Part shown: piece after piece, positions 1 through 9,594 of the stretch
Position numbering within the stretch: position 1 is the first letter of the stretch
Layout of the letters: each line of letters begins with the position of its first letter
Assembly (NCBI GenBank): GCA_039931635.1
Contig: JBDTRO010000279.1
Coordinates: 1-51,486 of the forward strand
Length of the DNA: 51,486 nt
Direction: 5' to 3'
Source: Betaproteobacteria bacterium
GTDB taxonomy: Bacteria; Pseudomonadota; Gammaproteobacteria; Burkholderiales; SG8-39
Translations under genes and position numbers: made by a program
Notes under the pieces: model-generated
Seen by the model: only the letters and a program-made list of their open reading frames with translations
What the model was told of the DNA's origin: nothing
Database searches by the model: none

Positions 1-2075
1 TCGGCCTGCTGCATCACATCTTCAAGAACGGCTGGGAAGACAAGCAGTACATCCATGACCGCGTCTATGGCATGGACAAGGTCAAGGAAGAGGTGATGGC
101 GAAGTACACGCCGGCCGCGGTCGAGGAAATCACTGGCGTGCCCGAGAAGGAGATGTTCGAGGTCGCCAAGATGCTGGCCGAGAATCGCCCGGGATTCATC
201 ATCTGGGCAATGGGGCAGACGCAGCACACCAACGGCAACGCCATCGTGCGCGCGAGCGCGGTCCTGATGCTGGCGCTGGGCAACGTCGGGCGGCCGGGCG
301 GCGGCTGCAACATCTACCGCGGCCATGACAACGTGCAGGGTGCGACCGACCTCGGCCCGAACCCGGATTCGCTGCCGGGCTACTACGGCCTGGCGCCGGG
401 CGCGTTCAACCACTGGGCGCGCGTGTGGAATATCGATCCGAAGTGGATCACGGCCCAGTACGCGTCGCCGGCGATGCAAGGCAAGCCCGGCATCACGGTA
501 TCGCGCTGGTTCGACGCCATCACGGAGAAGAACGAGAACATCGACCAGGACAACAACCTGCGCGCGGTGATCTTCTGGGGCCATGCACCGAACTCGCAGA
601 GTCGCGGCGCCGACATGCTCGAGGCGATGAAGAAGCTCGAGCTGATGGTCGTGATCGACCCGTATCCATCGGCCTCCGCCGCCATGTTCGCGATGGCGCG
701 CAAGGAAGGCGCCTACCTGCTGCCGGCGGCTACGCAGCTGGAGTGCGAAGGCAGCGTCACCGCCTCGAACCGCTCGCTGCAGTGGCGCGAGAAGGTCATC
801 GAGCCGATGTTCGAATCGCGCACCGACCACATGATCATGTACCAGCTCGCGCAGAAACTCGGCTTCGCCGACCAGTTCATCGGCAAGAAGGACGGCAAGC
901 AATCCATCAAGCTGGTGAAGGGCAAGAGCGGCATGGAAGAGCCGAGCATCGAGGACACGACGCTGGAGTTCAACCGCGGTGGCTGGACCATCGGCTACAC
1001 CGGCCAGTCGCCGATGAGGCTGCAGGCGCATATGCGCAACATGCACCTCTTCGACGTCAAGACGCTCAGGGCCAAGGGCGGCAAGGACGCGAAGACCGGC
1101 TATGACCTGACGGGCGACTACTACGGCCTGCCGTGGCCCTGCTACGGTACCGCCGAGATCAAGCACCCGGGGTCGCCAAATCTGTACGACACCACGCGGC
1201 ACGTCATGGAGGGCGGCGGATGCTTCCGCGCCAACTTCGGCGTCGAGCGCGATGGCGTCAATCTGCTTGCGGAAGACGGTTCGCACTCCAAGGGCTCGGA
1301 GATCACGACCGGCTATCCCGAGTTCGATCACGTGCTGCTGAAGAAACTCGGTTGGTGGGACGACCTTACGGAGGAAGAGAAGAAGGAGGCCGAGGGCAAG
1401 AACTGGAAGACCGATCTCCTGGGCGGCATCCAGCGCGTGACGATGAAGCACGGCTGCCACCCGTTCGGCAACGCCAAGGCGCGCGCGGTCGTCTGGAATT
1501 TCCCGGACGGCGTGCCGCTGCACCGCGAGCCGCTGTATTCGCCGCGGCCGGACATGGTCGCGAAGTGGCCGACGCACGACGACGTCAAGACCTTGTGGCG
1601 CCTGCCGACGCTGTTCAAGTCGGTGCAGCAGAAGGCGGTGGCGGACGGGGCGCACAAGAATTTCCCCTTGATCCTGACCAGTGGCCGGCTGGTGGAGTAC
1701 GAGGGTGGCGGCGAGGAAACTCGCTCCAACCCCTGGCTCGCCGAACTGCAGCAGGACAACTTCGTCGAGATAAATCCGAAATCGGCGGCCGATCGCGGTA
1801 TCCGCAACGGCGAGTACGTCTGGGTGAGTACGCCGTCGGGCGCGAAGCTAAAGGTGAAGGCTCAGGTTACCGAGCGCGTCGGCCCGGACACCTGCTTCAT
1901 CCCGTTCCACTTCTCGGGCTGGTGGCAGGGGCAGGACATGCTGCCCTACTACCCGGACGGCGCCGCGCCGATCGTGCGCGGCGAAGCGGTGAACACGGCG
2001 ACCACCTACGGCTACGACCGGGTCACCATGATGCAGGAAACCAAGACGACGCTTTGCCAGGTCGCGAAGGCATAA
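1..2075 (+). CDS. Formate dehydrogenase catalytic alpha subunit (bis-MGD Mo/W oxidoreductase family). Only the 3' ~690 codons are present; the 5' end lies off-window.
   Basis: The frame of ORF 72..2075 stays open back to base 3 (GLLHHIFKNGWEDKQYIHDRVYG precedes the first Met). The translation reads like the molybdopterin oxidoreductase / formate dehydrogenase family: AMGQTQHTNGNA, ELMVVIDPYPS, LILTSGRLVEYEGGGEETRSNPWLAELQ, and a C-terminal barrel EYVWVSTPSGAKLKVKAQVTERV. A 4Fe-4S partner and a cytochrome b subunit follow. Confidence 0.85.
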   Translation, partial: GLLHHIFKNGWEDKQYIHDRVYGMDKVKEEVMAKYTPAAVEEITGVPEKEMFEVAKMLAENRPGFIIWAMGQTQHTNGNAIVRASAVLMLALGNVGRPGGGCNIYRGHDNVQGATDLGPNPDSLPGYYGLAPGAFNHWARVWNIDPKWITAQYASPAMQGKPGITVSRWFDAITEKNENIDQDNNLRAVIFWGHAPNSQSRGADMLEAMKKLELMVVIDPYPSASAAMFAMARKEGAYLLPAATQLECEGSVTASNRSLQWREKVIEPMFESRTDHMIMYQLAQKLGFADQFIGKKDGKQSIKLVKGKSGMEEPSIEDTTLEFNRGGWTIGYTGQSPMRLQAHMRNMHLFDVKTLRAKGGKDAKTGYDLTGDYYGLPWPCYGTAEIKHPGSPNLYDTTRHVMEGGGCFRANFGVERDGVNLLAEDGSHSKGSEITTGYPEFDHVLLKKLGWWDDLTEEEKKEAEGKNWKTDLLGGIQRVTMKHGCHPFGNAKARAVVWNFPDGVPLHREPLYSPRPDMVAKWPTHDDVKTLWRLPTLFKSVQQKAVADGAHKNFPLILTSGRLVEYEGGGEETRSNPWLAELQQDNFVEINPKSAADRGIRNGEYVWVSTPSGAKLKVKAQVTERVGPDTCFIPFHFSGWWQGQDMLPYYPDGAAPIVRGEAVNTATTYGYDRVTMMQETKTTLCQVAKA

Positions 2076-2085
2076 GGAGAACGCC

Positions 2086-2724
2086 ATGGCCAGAATGAAA
2101 TTCCTGTGCGACGCCGAGCGCTGCATCGAGTGCAACGGTTGCGTAACCGCCTGCAAGCAGGAGCACGAGGTGCCCTGGGGCGTCAATCGCCGCCGCGTGG
2201 TGACGATCAATGACGGCGTCGTCGGGGCGGAAAAGTCGATCTCGGTCGCCTGCATGCACTGTTCGGACGCGCCTTGCATGGCGGTTTGCCCGGTGGATTG
2301 CTTCTACAAGACCGCCGACGGCGTAGTGCTGCACGACAAGGACCTGTGCATCGGTTGCGGCTACTGCTTTTACGCCTGCCCGTTCGGCGCGCCGCAGTTC
2401 CCGCAGGCGGGCGCCTTCGGCCTGCGCGGCAAGATGGACAAATGCACCTTCTGCGCCGGCGGCCCGGAAGCGGACAAGAGCGACGCCGAGTTCAAGAAAT
2501 ACGGCCGCAACCGCCTGGCGGAGGGCAAGTTGCCCGCCTGCGCTGAAATGTGCTCGACCAAGGCGCTGCTGGGCGGCGACGGCGACGTCATCGCCGACAT
2601 CTTTCGCGAGCGCGTCCTGCGCCGCGGCAAGAAAGGCGACGAGGCCTGGGGCTGGGGCAGCGCCTACGGCCAGCCACCCAAGGGTGGTGCGGCGCCGGCG
2701 GCTCCCGCCGGAGGCAAGTCGTGA
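2086..2724 (+). CDS. Formate dehydrogenase iron-sulfur (beta) subunit, multi-[4Fe-4S] ferredoxin type
   Basis: Cys clusters CIECNGCVTAC, CMHCSDAPCMAVC, CIGCGYCFYAC and CTFC...C. SD AAGGAGA lies 5 nt upstream of the ATG, 10 nt after the alpha-subunit stop. Confidence 0.85.
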   Translation: MARMKFLCDAERCIECNGCVTACKQEHEVPWGVNRRRVVTINDGVVGAEKSISVACMHCSDAPCMAVCPVDCFYKTADGVVLHDKDLCIGCGYCFYACPFGAPQFPQAGAFGLRGKMDKCTFCAGGPEADKSDAEFKKYGRNRLAEGKLPACAEMCSTKALLGGDGDVIADIFRERVLRRGKKGDEAWGWGSAYGQPPKGGAAPAAPAGGKS

Positions 2725-2972
2725 TGCGGCGCCTGTTGGTGACGACGGTGGTGCTGTCCGGCGTTCTGACTCTTCCCGCATGCATGGAAGTCGAGCAGAC
2801 GACTTCGCCGGAGAGGCAAGCCGGCCAGACGGTCAGGCGCGACACGGCGGCCTGGAACAACGAGCCGCTTGCCAATGGCCCGAAGTGGAGCAAGGGCGAC
2901 CGCACGAGCTGGGAAGAGCAGATCAAGCGGCGCCAGCTGACCCAGCACGAAGACCGTCGTATCTACCAGTAA
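2724..2972 (+). CDS. Small putative lipoprotein (82 aa) encoded between the FDH beta and gamma genes
   Basis: The in-frame ATG at 2724 shares its A with the beta-subunit TGA (gTGATG). MRRLLVTTVVLSGVLTLPAC reads as a signal peptide plus a lipobox-like LPAC. The remainder is hydrophilic. I recognise no family. Confidence 0.5.
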   Translation: MRRLLVTTVVLSGVLTLPACMEVEQTTSPERQAGQTVRRDTAAWNNEPLANGPKWSKGDRTSWEEQIKRRQLTQHEDRRIYQ

Positions 2973-2976
2973 CGCC

Positions 2977-4077
2977 ATGAACATTCTTTCCCGCACTACG
3001 GGTTTGCTGTTCCTCGCGCTGGCTTTTTCGCTGCCCGTGACCGCGCAAACGCCGCCGGCTCCCGCCGCGCAGCCGGCCGCGCCAGTCGACCAGGCGAAGG
3101 ATCAGCAGAAGCGCACGGTCGACCAGCCGGGCAACAATGCGCCCGTGTGGCGCGAGGTGCGTTCCGGCGAGGCGAACACCACGACCACGCAGGGCCGCGA
3201 AGCCGGCGTGCTGATCCAGCCGCAGGCGAGGTTCCCCGGCCAGGGGGTGATGTCCACGGCCGGCGAGGCGTGGCGCAATTTCAGGAACGGACCGATCACG
3301 TTCTACGGCGGCTGGCTGGTAGTCGTGGTGGCGGCGATCATCGCCGCGATTTACTTCACCCTGGGGCCGATCAAGCTGCACGACAAGCCCACCGGCCGGA
3401 TGATCGAGCGCTTTTCGCTCACGGAGCGCTGGGCGCACTGGGTGTTGGCGATCAGCTTCTGCGTGCTGGGCGTCTCCGGCCTGATCATCATCTTCGGCAA
3501 GCATGTGCTGCTGCCGGTGATCGGCTACACGCTGTTCGCGTGGCTCACCGCGCTCGCCAAGAATCTGCACAATTTCGTCGCGCCGCTGTTTATCGTCAGC
3601 CTGCTGGTGTTCATCGTGATTTATATCAAGGACAACCTGCCGGAGAAGGGCGACCTCGCGTGGCTCACCCAGGGCTGGAAGATATTCAAGGGCGAACACA
3701 TGCCGTCGGGCCGCTTCAATGCAGGCGAGAAGGCCTGGTTCTGGGGCGGCGTTGTGGTCCTTAGCCTGATCATCTGCGCCTCCGGCCTGGTACTGCTGTT
3801 CCCCAACTTCGACCAGGTGCGCGCCACCATGCAGCAGGCGAGCGTGGTGCACGCGGTCGCGGCGCTGCTGGTGATCGCGGCCGGCCTGGGCCATATCTAC
3901 ATCGGCACGATCGGCATGGAAGGCGCCTACGGCAACATGCGCGACGGCGTGACCGACGAGACCTGGGCCAAAGAACACCACGAGAACTGGTACAACGACG
4001 TGAAGTCCGGCAAGGTGGCCGCGAAGTCCGGCGCTGTGCCACAGACGCAGCATTTAGGAGGAACAAGGACATCATGA
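2977..4077 (+). CDS. Formate dehydrogenase cytochrome b (gamma) subunit with an N-terminal secreted extension
   Basis: The C-terminal ~250 aa form hydrophobic helices carrying conserved His (RWAHWVLAISF, LHNFVAPLF, VVHAVAALLVIAAGLGHIYIG), typical of FdnI/FdhC-type cytochrome b. The N-terminus is a signal peptide (MNILSRTTGLLFLALAFSLPVTAQ) followed by a Pro/Ala/Gln-rich stretch. Confidence 0.8.
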   Translation: MNILSRTTGLLFLALAFSLPVTAQTPPAPAAQPAAPVDQAKDQQKRTVDQPGNNAPVWREVRSGEANTTTTQGREAGVLIQPQARFPGQGVMSTAGEAWRNFRNGPITFYGGWLVVVVAAIIAAIYFTLGPIKLHDKPTGRMIERFSLTERWAHWVLAISFCVLGVSGLIIIFGKHVLLPVIGYTLFAWLTALAKNLHNFVAPLFIVSLLVFIVIYIKDNLPEKGDLAWLTQGWKIFKGEHMPSGRFNAGEKAWFWGGVVVLSLIICASGLVLLFPNFDQVRATMQQASVVHAVAALLVIAAGLGHIYIGTIGMEGAYGNMRDGVTDETWAKEHHENWYNDVKSGKVAAKSGAVPQTQHLGGTRTS

Positions 4078-4346
4078 AAAAGCTCGCGATTGCCGTCACT
4101 CTCGCTGCCGGTCTTGGAATTGGCTCTCTTGCAGGCGTGCAGGCCAAGCTGCCGCCGGCAGCGCCGATGGGCGATGCCGACAAGGCTGCGAAGGCCGCGA
4201 AGGACGCTGCCACCAAGGCGAAAGAAGGGGAAGACATGGCGAAGGCGCAGGACAGGGCCGTCGCCAATTTCAAGAAAAACAAGGGCATCGCCGAGTCCAA
4301 GACGCCGGCCAAGCCATCTGCTGCATCTGCATCCGGCAAGAAGTAG
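4074..4346 (+). CDS. Small secreted Lys/Ala-rich low-complexity protein (90 aa), translationally coupled to the FDH gamma gene
   Basis: ATG 4074 overlaps the gamma stop (ATGA, 4074..4077). AGGAGG lies 12 nt upstream. Signal peptide MKKLAIAVTLAAGLGIGSLAGVQA; the mature part is KAAKAAKDAATKAKEGED-type low complexity. Confidence 0.55.
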   Translation: MKKLAIAVTLAAGLGIGSLAGVQAKLPPAAPMGDADKAAKAAKDAATKAKEGEDMAKAQDRAVANFKKNKGIAESKTPAKPSAASASGKK

Positions 4347-4391
4347 CATTGTAGTCAACTCGCGCAGCGCCTGCGCCGTCATCCAGCGCAG

Positions 4392-5585
4392 CTAGGGTTT
4401 TTCTTCAGGCGGCTTGATGTTGCGGAATGCCGCCAGCAACAGCAGGTCGTAGAAGATCTTCAGTCCCCCGCATAGCAGCAGCGGCCAGACCTGGTAGCCC
4501 GCCGCGAACAGCGCACCGGCTAGCACCGGACTGGCTGCCGAGGCGAGGCTGCGGGGCACCGCGGTCACGCTCGCGGCCGCAGGCCGTTCGGCCTCGGTGA
4601 CCACGGCCATCACGTAGGACGAGCGCGTCGGCACGTCCATCTGCGACAGCGCGGCGCGCACCATCAGCAGCCCCAGTGCCCACGCGACCGAGGGCGCGAA
4701 TGCCGCGCCGATCAGGCACAGGCTGGACGGAATGTGGGTGAAGACCATGGTGTTCACCAGCCCGATGCGCGACCCGATCCAGGCGGCGACCGGGAAGGAA
4801 AAAGCAGACAGCGTGCCGGTCCAGAAGAAGAACAGGCTCGCCGCCGTCAGCGACAGGTCGAAGCGCTCGAACAGCCAGAGCGCGAGCATCGACTGGACGA
4901 CGAACCCGCCTGCGAATGCATCGATGCTGAACAGCGCCGCCAGCCTGTAAACGATGCCTCGCGAAGGACCGAGAGCGGATGCAGGTTTTACGTCCGTCGC
5001 ACGCGCCGGTACCCTGATGCGCGAATAGGCCAGGCCTCCGGCGATCCCGAGAACCGCGTAAACGACGAACATGATCTTGATCGCGGCAAGCTTGCCGATG
5101 CCAAGCGGCGCGAGCCACTCCGGCATGCCCGCGAGCAGCGAACCGAAGGCGCCGGCGAGTGCGCCGATCAGGCTGTAGCGCGCGAACGCACGCGTCCTCT
5201 GCGCCGGCGTGACTGCACCCGTCAATACCGTGTGCTCGAGCGGCACGAAGATGCTGGTACTGCCGCCGGAAGGGTTGATCGTGCCGACGAAAGCGACGAC
5301 CAGCAGGATCGCGTATTCGCTTGCGGCCGCGTAGGCGAGGCCGGTTGCGGCCATGAGAGCCGAAGCGGCGAGCAGGAGGACGCGATGGTCGCGTCCCCCG
5401 CCGAGCAGTCCGATTCCGAGAGTAAGGATCGCCGAGCCGAGCAACGCCAGCGTAGCAACCACGCCGACCTCGAATATCGACAGCCCGAGGGCGGTGAGGT
5501 AGACCGGGAGAAGTATCGCGACGAAGCCGTCGCCGAAGTCGCGGATCGCCCGGGCGAGGTAAACGCTATGCGCTGCGCTAGACAC
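4392..5585 (-). CDS. MFS-type transporter
   Basis: 397-aa polytopic hydrophobic protein with an MFS-like helix pattern. Its GTG start overlaps the stop of the upstream DUF1330 gene by 8 nt. Confidence 0.7.
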   Translation of the reverse strand: MSSAAHSVYLARAIRDFGDGFVAILLPVYLTALGLSIFEVGVVATLALLGSAILTLGIGLLGGGRDHRVLLLAASALMAATGLAYAAASEYAILLVVAFVGTINPSGGSTSIFVPLEHTVLTGAVTPAQRTRAFARYSLIGALAGAFGSLLAGMPEWLAPLGIGKLAAIKIMFVVYAVLGIAGGLAYSRIRVPARATDVKPASALGPSRGIVYRLAALFSIDAFAGGFVVQSMLALWLFERFDLSLTAASLFFFWTGTLSAFSFPVAAWIGSRIGLVNTMVFTHIPSSLCLIGAAFAPSVAWALGLLMVRAALSQMDVPTRSSYVMAVVTEAERPAAASVTAVPRSLASAASPVLAGALFAAGYQVWPLLLCGGLKIFYDLLLLAAFRNIKPPEEKP

Positions 5586-5865
5586 CTTCGACCAGGATCA
5601 GCTTCGCGTTCGCAGCCTTCAGGCGCATCTCGAGGGCGGGCGCGTATTCCGGCGAGTCGTACCACTTGCGCGCCTGCTCCATGGTCGGAAATTCCAGCAC
5701 CACCAGGCGCGCGGGATTCCAGTCGCCTTCTTTCCGCTCCACGGTGCCGCCGCGCACGGCGAAGCGGCCGCCGTACTTTTCCACCGTGGCGGGGACGAGC
5801 TTCTTGTAGTCGTCGTAAAGCTTCGGATCGGTAACGTTTACTTCGACAATGACGTAGGCACTCAA
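5578..5865 (-). CDS. DUF1330-family small protein
   Basis: 95 aa: SAYVIVEVNVTDPKLYDDYKK...RFAVRGG...VVLEFPTMEQARKWYDSPEY, which reads as DUF1330 (dimeric alpha/beta barrel). TTG start with GGGAG 6 nt upstream. Confidence 0.7.
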   Translation of the reverse strand: MSAYVIVEVNVTDPKLYDDYKKLVPATVEKYGGRFAVRGGTVERKEGDWNPARLVVLEFPTMEQARKWYDSPEYAPALEMRLKAANAKLILVEGV

Positions 5866-5883
5866 GTTGCACTCCCTGGTCGG

Positions 5884-6507
5884 TTACTTTGCTGACGGGC
5901 CCCAGCCGAAATCGTCGAAAGCGGTAACGCTGTCCGCCTTGGTCCAGACGCCGACTGCGCCCGGGCCCGAGATCTGGCGGTCGTCGAGATCAATATACGC
6001 CTTGCCGTCGAGAGATACGCGGACGCGGGTCCCGGAAAACTCCACGCGCAGCGTGTGCCAGGTGGCAGTGGCGACCGGCGCGTCCACGTACTTGATCGTC
6101 TTCCGTGAGCCGCCCGTGGTGTGGTAGAGCGAGACATTGTTCTCGAGCGCATTGGCTCGCGCCACGTAATAGTTGTCGCCATTCTTCCACCGCCATACCA
6201 GTCCGCCGGCCTGGTCTCGTCTGCCGGATATCGGCTTGAATTTCACTTCGACGAAGCCATTTTCGAGTTGTATGTCCTGATTGACCGCCCACGGATACAC
6301 GCCACTGCCCGATTGCTTCAGGACATTCGGCTTCGATGGTGCGGAGGCATCGGCTTCGACCGCCCATTTCGGCTTTCCACCTCCTGTCGCACCGCTCACC
6401 CACCCGGCGGGGAGAGTGTCCGCCGCCGTCTCGTCAAAGCCGATCGATTGGGCTGAAGCGGCGATCATGAAAATTCCCAGATAGAGAAACAGCAATAGTC
6501 GCAGCAT
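5884..6507 (-). CDS. Secreted LamG/DUF1080-like (3-keto-disaccharide hydrolase fold) protein
   Basis: Only the last 207 codons of tracked ORF 5884..7872 look real. They start at ATG 6507 (MLRLLLFLYLGIFMIAASAQS signal peptide). Motifs GWVSG..., FVEVKFKP..., GLVWRWKNGDNYYVARAN and WHTLRVEF fit a concanavalin-like jelly roll. Confidence 0.55.
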   Translation of the reverse strand: MLRLLLFLYLGIFMIAASAQSIGFDETAADTLPAGWVSGATGGGKPKWAVEADASAPSKPNVLKQSGSGVYPWAVNQDIQLENGFVEVKFKPISGRRDQAGGLVWRWKNGDNYYVARANALENNVSLYHTTGGSRKTIKYVDAPVATATWHTLRVEFSGTRVRVSLDGKAYIDLDDRQISGPGAVGVWTKADSVTAFDDFGWGPSAK

Positions 6508-6527
6508 ATCGTCGCTCCTTTCATGCG

Positions 6528-7826
6528 CTAGATGAGCGGCGTCACGAGCGTCACAATCAGCCCTGCCAGTGCGCATGCGCCGATCACCGGCATAACGCCG
6601 GTCTTGAAGCGGAACAGCGCAACCAGGGCCGCCAGGCCGATCGCCGCGGAAATCCAGTCGAACGGGCCGTCCGTGCCCTGCGGCCACAGCACGTGGTACG
6701 CGAAGAACATTGCGAGATTCAGGATCACTCCCACCACGGCGGCGGTGATGCCCGTCAGCGGCGCGCTGAATTTGAGGTTGCCGTGGGTGGTTTCGATGAA
6801 CGGCGCGCCCATGAATATGAAGATGAAAGAGGGGAGGAACGTGAAGTACGTCGCCACCAGCGCACCTGCGACGCCCGCGCCCATGAAGCCCACGAAGGCC
6901 ACCACCATGATGAGCGGACCGGGCGTGGTTTCGCCCAGCGCCAGGCCGTCGATCATCTGCGGTGCAGTCAGCCAGCCGTAGTGCTCGACGCCGCCCTGGA
7001 ACACATAGGGCAGCACGGCGTAGGCGCCGCCGAAGGTGAGCAGCGCGGCCTTGGTGAAGAACCAGCCCATCTGCGTGAGCGTGCCCTCCCAGCCCCAAGC
7101 AAGGAGGAGCGCGGCCATCGTCAGCGCCCAGAGCGCAAGCCCCGCGACGGCGTAGGCCCAGAGCTTCGTCCACGAGAACACGGCGTGCGCCGGCGTCGGC
7201 GTGGCGTCGTCGATGACGGCGGGCCCGTAGGCGGTTTTTGCAGCCCCGTGGCCGCCGCTGGAGGCGAACACACCTGGCGCGAATCTGCCGCCGAGGTATC
7301 CGATTGCGCCGGCGGCCAGGACAATCAAGGGGAAGGGCAGCTTGGCTGCAAAAATCGCGACGAACGCGGCGGCCGCGATCGCCCACAGTGCGGGATGCTT
7401 GAGTGCGCGCGAACCGATGCGGTGCGCTGCGGCGACCACGATCGCCGTTACTGCCGGCTTGATGCCGTAGAAGATGCCCGCCACCACCGGCACGTTGCCC
7501 CAGGTTACGTAGATCCACGACAGCGCGATCAGGATGAACACCGAAGGCAGCACGAACAGCCCGCCCGCGACGATGCCGCCCCAGGTGCGGTGCATCAGCC
7601 AGCCGATGTACGTGGCTAGCTGCTGTGCTTCGGGTCCGGGAAGCACCATGCAGTAGTTGAGCGCGTGCAGAAACCGGTTTTCCGAAATCCAGCGCCGGCG
7701 TTCGACCAGCTCCTGGTGCATGATCGCGATCTGCCCGGTCGGCCCGCCGAAGCTGATGAAGCCGAGCTTCAGCCAGAAACGGAAGGCTTCTCCGAACGAG
7801 ACGGGGTCGGGTCTGGTCGAGTTCAT
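6528..7826 (-). CDS. chrA: Chromate efflux transporter ChrA
   Basis: Hallmark N-terminus [66 protein letters not shown], and a duplicated CHR domain (second copy [14 protein letters not shown]...[13 protein letters not shown]). The ATG at 7826 overlaps the upstream stop (ATGA). The 118 codons upstream of it in the tracked ORF look non-coding. Confidence 0.9.
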   Translation of the reverse strand: MNSTRPDPVSFGEAFRFWLKLGFISFGGPTGQIAIMHQELVERRRWISENRFLHALNYCMVLPGPEAQQLATYIGWLMHRTWGGIVAGGLFVLPSVFILIALSWIYVTWGNVPVVAGIFYGIKPAVTAIVVAAAHRIGSRALKHPALWAIAAAAFVAIFAAKLPFPLIVLAAGAIGYLGGRFAPGVFASSGGHGAAKTAYGPAVIDDATPTPAHAVFSWTKLWAYAVAGLALWALTMAALLLAWGWEGTLTQMGWFFTKAALLTFGGAYAVLPYVFQGGVEHYGWLTAPQMIDGLALGETTPGPLIMVVAFVGFMGAGVAGALVATYFTFLPSFIFIFMGAPFIETTHGNLKFSAPLTGITAAVVGVILNLAMFFAYHVLWPQGTDGPFDWISAAIGLAALVALFRFKTGVMPVIGACALAGLIVTLVTPLI

Positions 7827-8743
7827 TTCGGTTCGATCGGCCTGCCGGATTTCTTCCAGTCCTCGATGCCACCCGACAGGAAGCGCGCCGTGATGCCTGC
7901 GTCGCGCAGCCGTGCCGCGGTGGACTGACCTACCTCGTGCCCATACACGCAATACACCACCACTTCGGCGCCGGCATACTCGGCCGCCCATTCGTCCACG
8001 CGCTCGGGATCGCGCCACACCGCGCCTTCGATCAAGTCGGGCGCAGCGTCGTAGGCCCCCTTGCGCCGAACGTCGATGCGCTTGATCCCGCCCGAGCTCA
8101 ACAGGATTGCGGCGGAGGCAGCAAGCGCCGTGGTCGAGGCATCGACCGCCGCAGCATAGCGCAGCGCCACGCCATCCCAATCGATGTTCTCCATGTACGC
8201 GGCCACGTATGCCTTGGCGTTGGCGCCATAGTCCATGTGATACGAATGCTCGTACATATCGAGGGCCAGGATCGGCGCCGCGCCAGCGAGCAAATGGGTG
8301 TGATCGGCAGCCCAGTGATTCAGGAGCCGGTTCTCGCGCGTGGACCAGGAGAGCAGGACCCAGCCCGACCCGCCACCCATCGCCGTCGCCAACGCGACAA
8401 ACTCATCCCGCCATCGCTCGAAGCTGCCAAAGTCGCGCTTCAGCCCGACGCCGAAACCTGCCGGCTTGCCTGCCGACTTGAGGGTGCCATCGCCGCCCAG
8501 GCTGGCGAAGTAAAGTTCGTGCAAGCCCATGGAGTTGGCCGCGATCAGTTCTTCGCGTTTCAGCCCGTTGATGCGGAAGCCGGGCGCCGATGCCCAGTCG
8601 AGCCCGGCGAGTTCGGCGCGGATCGCGTGCAGGCGCTTGACGGCGCCGCTGTAATTGTTCTGGTGATGGGATTGCAGCAGGCGCTCGGAAAGGCCTTTCA
8701 GCTTCGCGGCATCGAAGGGCAGGGGAAGGATGGCAGGGATCAT
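7823..8743 (-). CDS. Fe/Mn-SOD-like (ChrC-like) domain fused to a C-terminal single-domain rhodanese
   Basis: The N-terminal ~200 aa read as [24 protein letters not shown]...GLHELYFAS...GSGWVLL...[15 protein letters not shown], an SOD fold with the four metal ligands present. The C-terminal ~90 aa read as IDVRR...[10 protein letters not shown]...[23 protein letters not shown], a rhodanese with its catalytic Cys. ATG 8743 overlaps the upstream stop (ATGA). Confidence 0.8.
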   Translation of the reverse strand: MIPAILPLPFDAAKLKGLSERLLQSHHQNNYSGAVKRLHAIRAELAGLDWASAPGFRINGLKREELIAANSMGLHELYFASLGGDGTLKSAGKPAGFGVGLKRDFGSFERWRDEFVALATAMGGGSGWVLLSWSTRENRLLNHWAADHTHLLAGAAPILALDMYEHSYHMDYGANAKAYVAAYMENIDWDGVALRYAAAVDASTTALAASAAILLSSGGIKRIDVRRKGAYDAAPDLIEGAVWRDPERVDEWAAEYAGAEVVVYCVYGHEVGQSTAARLRDAGITARFLSGGIEDWKKSGRPIEPK

Positions 8744-9519
8744 TTGTAGGTCTCCGGGTTCCAGGTGTGGATTTCCGACTTGCCTTCCTTGCACCAACGG
8801 TAGAGCGCGTCGTACAGGGTCATGCCGTGCTCGAGCATCTCATGGTCGTTCCTGAAAACGAGCGACAGCCCCAGGGACACGGCCAGCAGTCCCGCCGCCT
8901 GCGGTGCAAGGCCGAGCTTGCCGGTATCGGCGGCGCGCACGATCCGTGCAAGCTTGTCCAGCGCGGGGTCTTTCAGGCGGTACCGCGCGATGAACGCGTC
9001 GAAGCTGCAGAAGTCCCCTTCGTGCGTGAATTCGACGTCTGCGACGTCGTAGGGCACAGCTTCCCGTTCAGCCGCGATCTTTCTTACATCCTGCGTTGGC
9101 ACGTAGAGGAATTCGGCATCCGGATCGATGAACCGCTTCACCAGCCACGGGCAGGCGATGCGGTCGATCTTCGGCCGCTCGCGCGTTACCCAGCGGGAGC
9201 TTGCCCCTTTTGGCTTGCCAAAGAGCGCCCCGCCGGCTTCGCGCCAGGCTTCCAGTCCGCCTTCGAGGTAACGGGCGCCCAACGCCATTGCCGCGTTCTG
9301 GCTGACCTCATGCCCGTGAACGCAATACACGACCACGTCGGTTTCGCCGGGGAGGCTCTTGCGCCACTCGGCGACCCGCAGCGGATCGCGCCGCAGCGCG
9401 CCGCGGACCAGATCCGGGGCGCCGAGGAAGGTGGGGCTCTTGCGCACGTCGATGACGATGGGCGGCGCGCTGGAAACCAGGCGCGCATGGAGTTCAGCCG
9501 GCGTTATGGATGCATTCAT
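8740..9519 (-). CDS. N-terminal rhodanese fused to a ChrB C-terminal (chromate-resistance) domain
   Basis: aa 1-100 read as VIDVRKS...RRDPLRVAEW...VVVYCVHGHEVSQNAAMAL (rhodanese). aa ~105-259 read as WVTRERPKIDRIACPWLVKRFIDPDAEFLYVP...EFTHEGDFCSFDAF, clearly paralogous to the C-domain of ChrB at 11632..12588 (WATRKDPWVDRLASAWLIKRFIDPAARFVWLD). Confidence 0.8.
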   Translation of the reverse strand: MNASITPAELHARLVSSAPPIVIDVRKSPTFLGAPDLVRGALRRDPLRVAEWRKSLPGETDVVVYCVHGHEVSQNAAMALGARYLEGGLEAWREAGGALFGKPKGASSRWVTRERPKIDRIACPWLVKRFIDPDAEFLYVPTQDVRKIAAEREAVPYDVADVEFTHEGDFCSFDAFIARYRLKDPALDKLARIVRAADTGKLGLAPQAAGLLAVSLGLSLVFRNDHEMLEHGMTLYDALYRWCKEGKSEIHTWNPETYK

Positions 9520-9594
9520 GATTTCCTCATTCTTTCACTATCGGATTGCAAACGAGGTCGGCCAGGCAGTTACGCCACCTTCTCCTCGAATCAA

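Noticed and set aside
2923-4053. 376-aa minus-strand ORF antisense to the FDH gamma subunit
   Set aside because: Shadow ORF of high-GC DNA. The plus-strand frame encodes a convincing cytochrome b.
6508-7872. N-terminal 455 codons of tracked ORF 5884..7872, which would make a 662-aa protein
   Set aside because: This part runs out of frame across chrA and is Arg/Gly-rich. A clean signal peptide and start (6507) define the real 207-aa protein.
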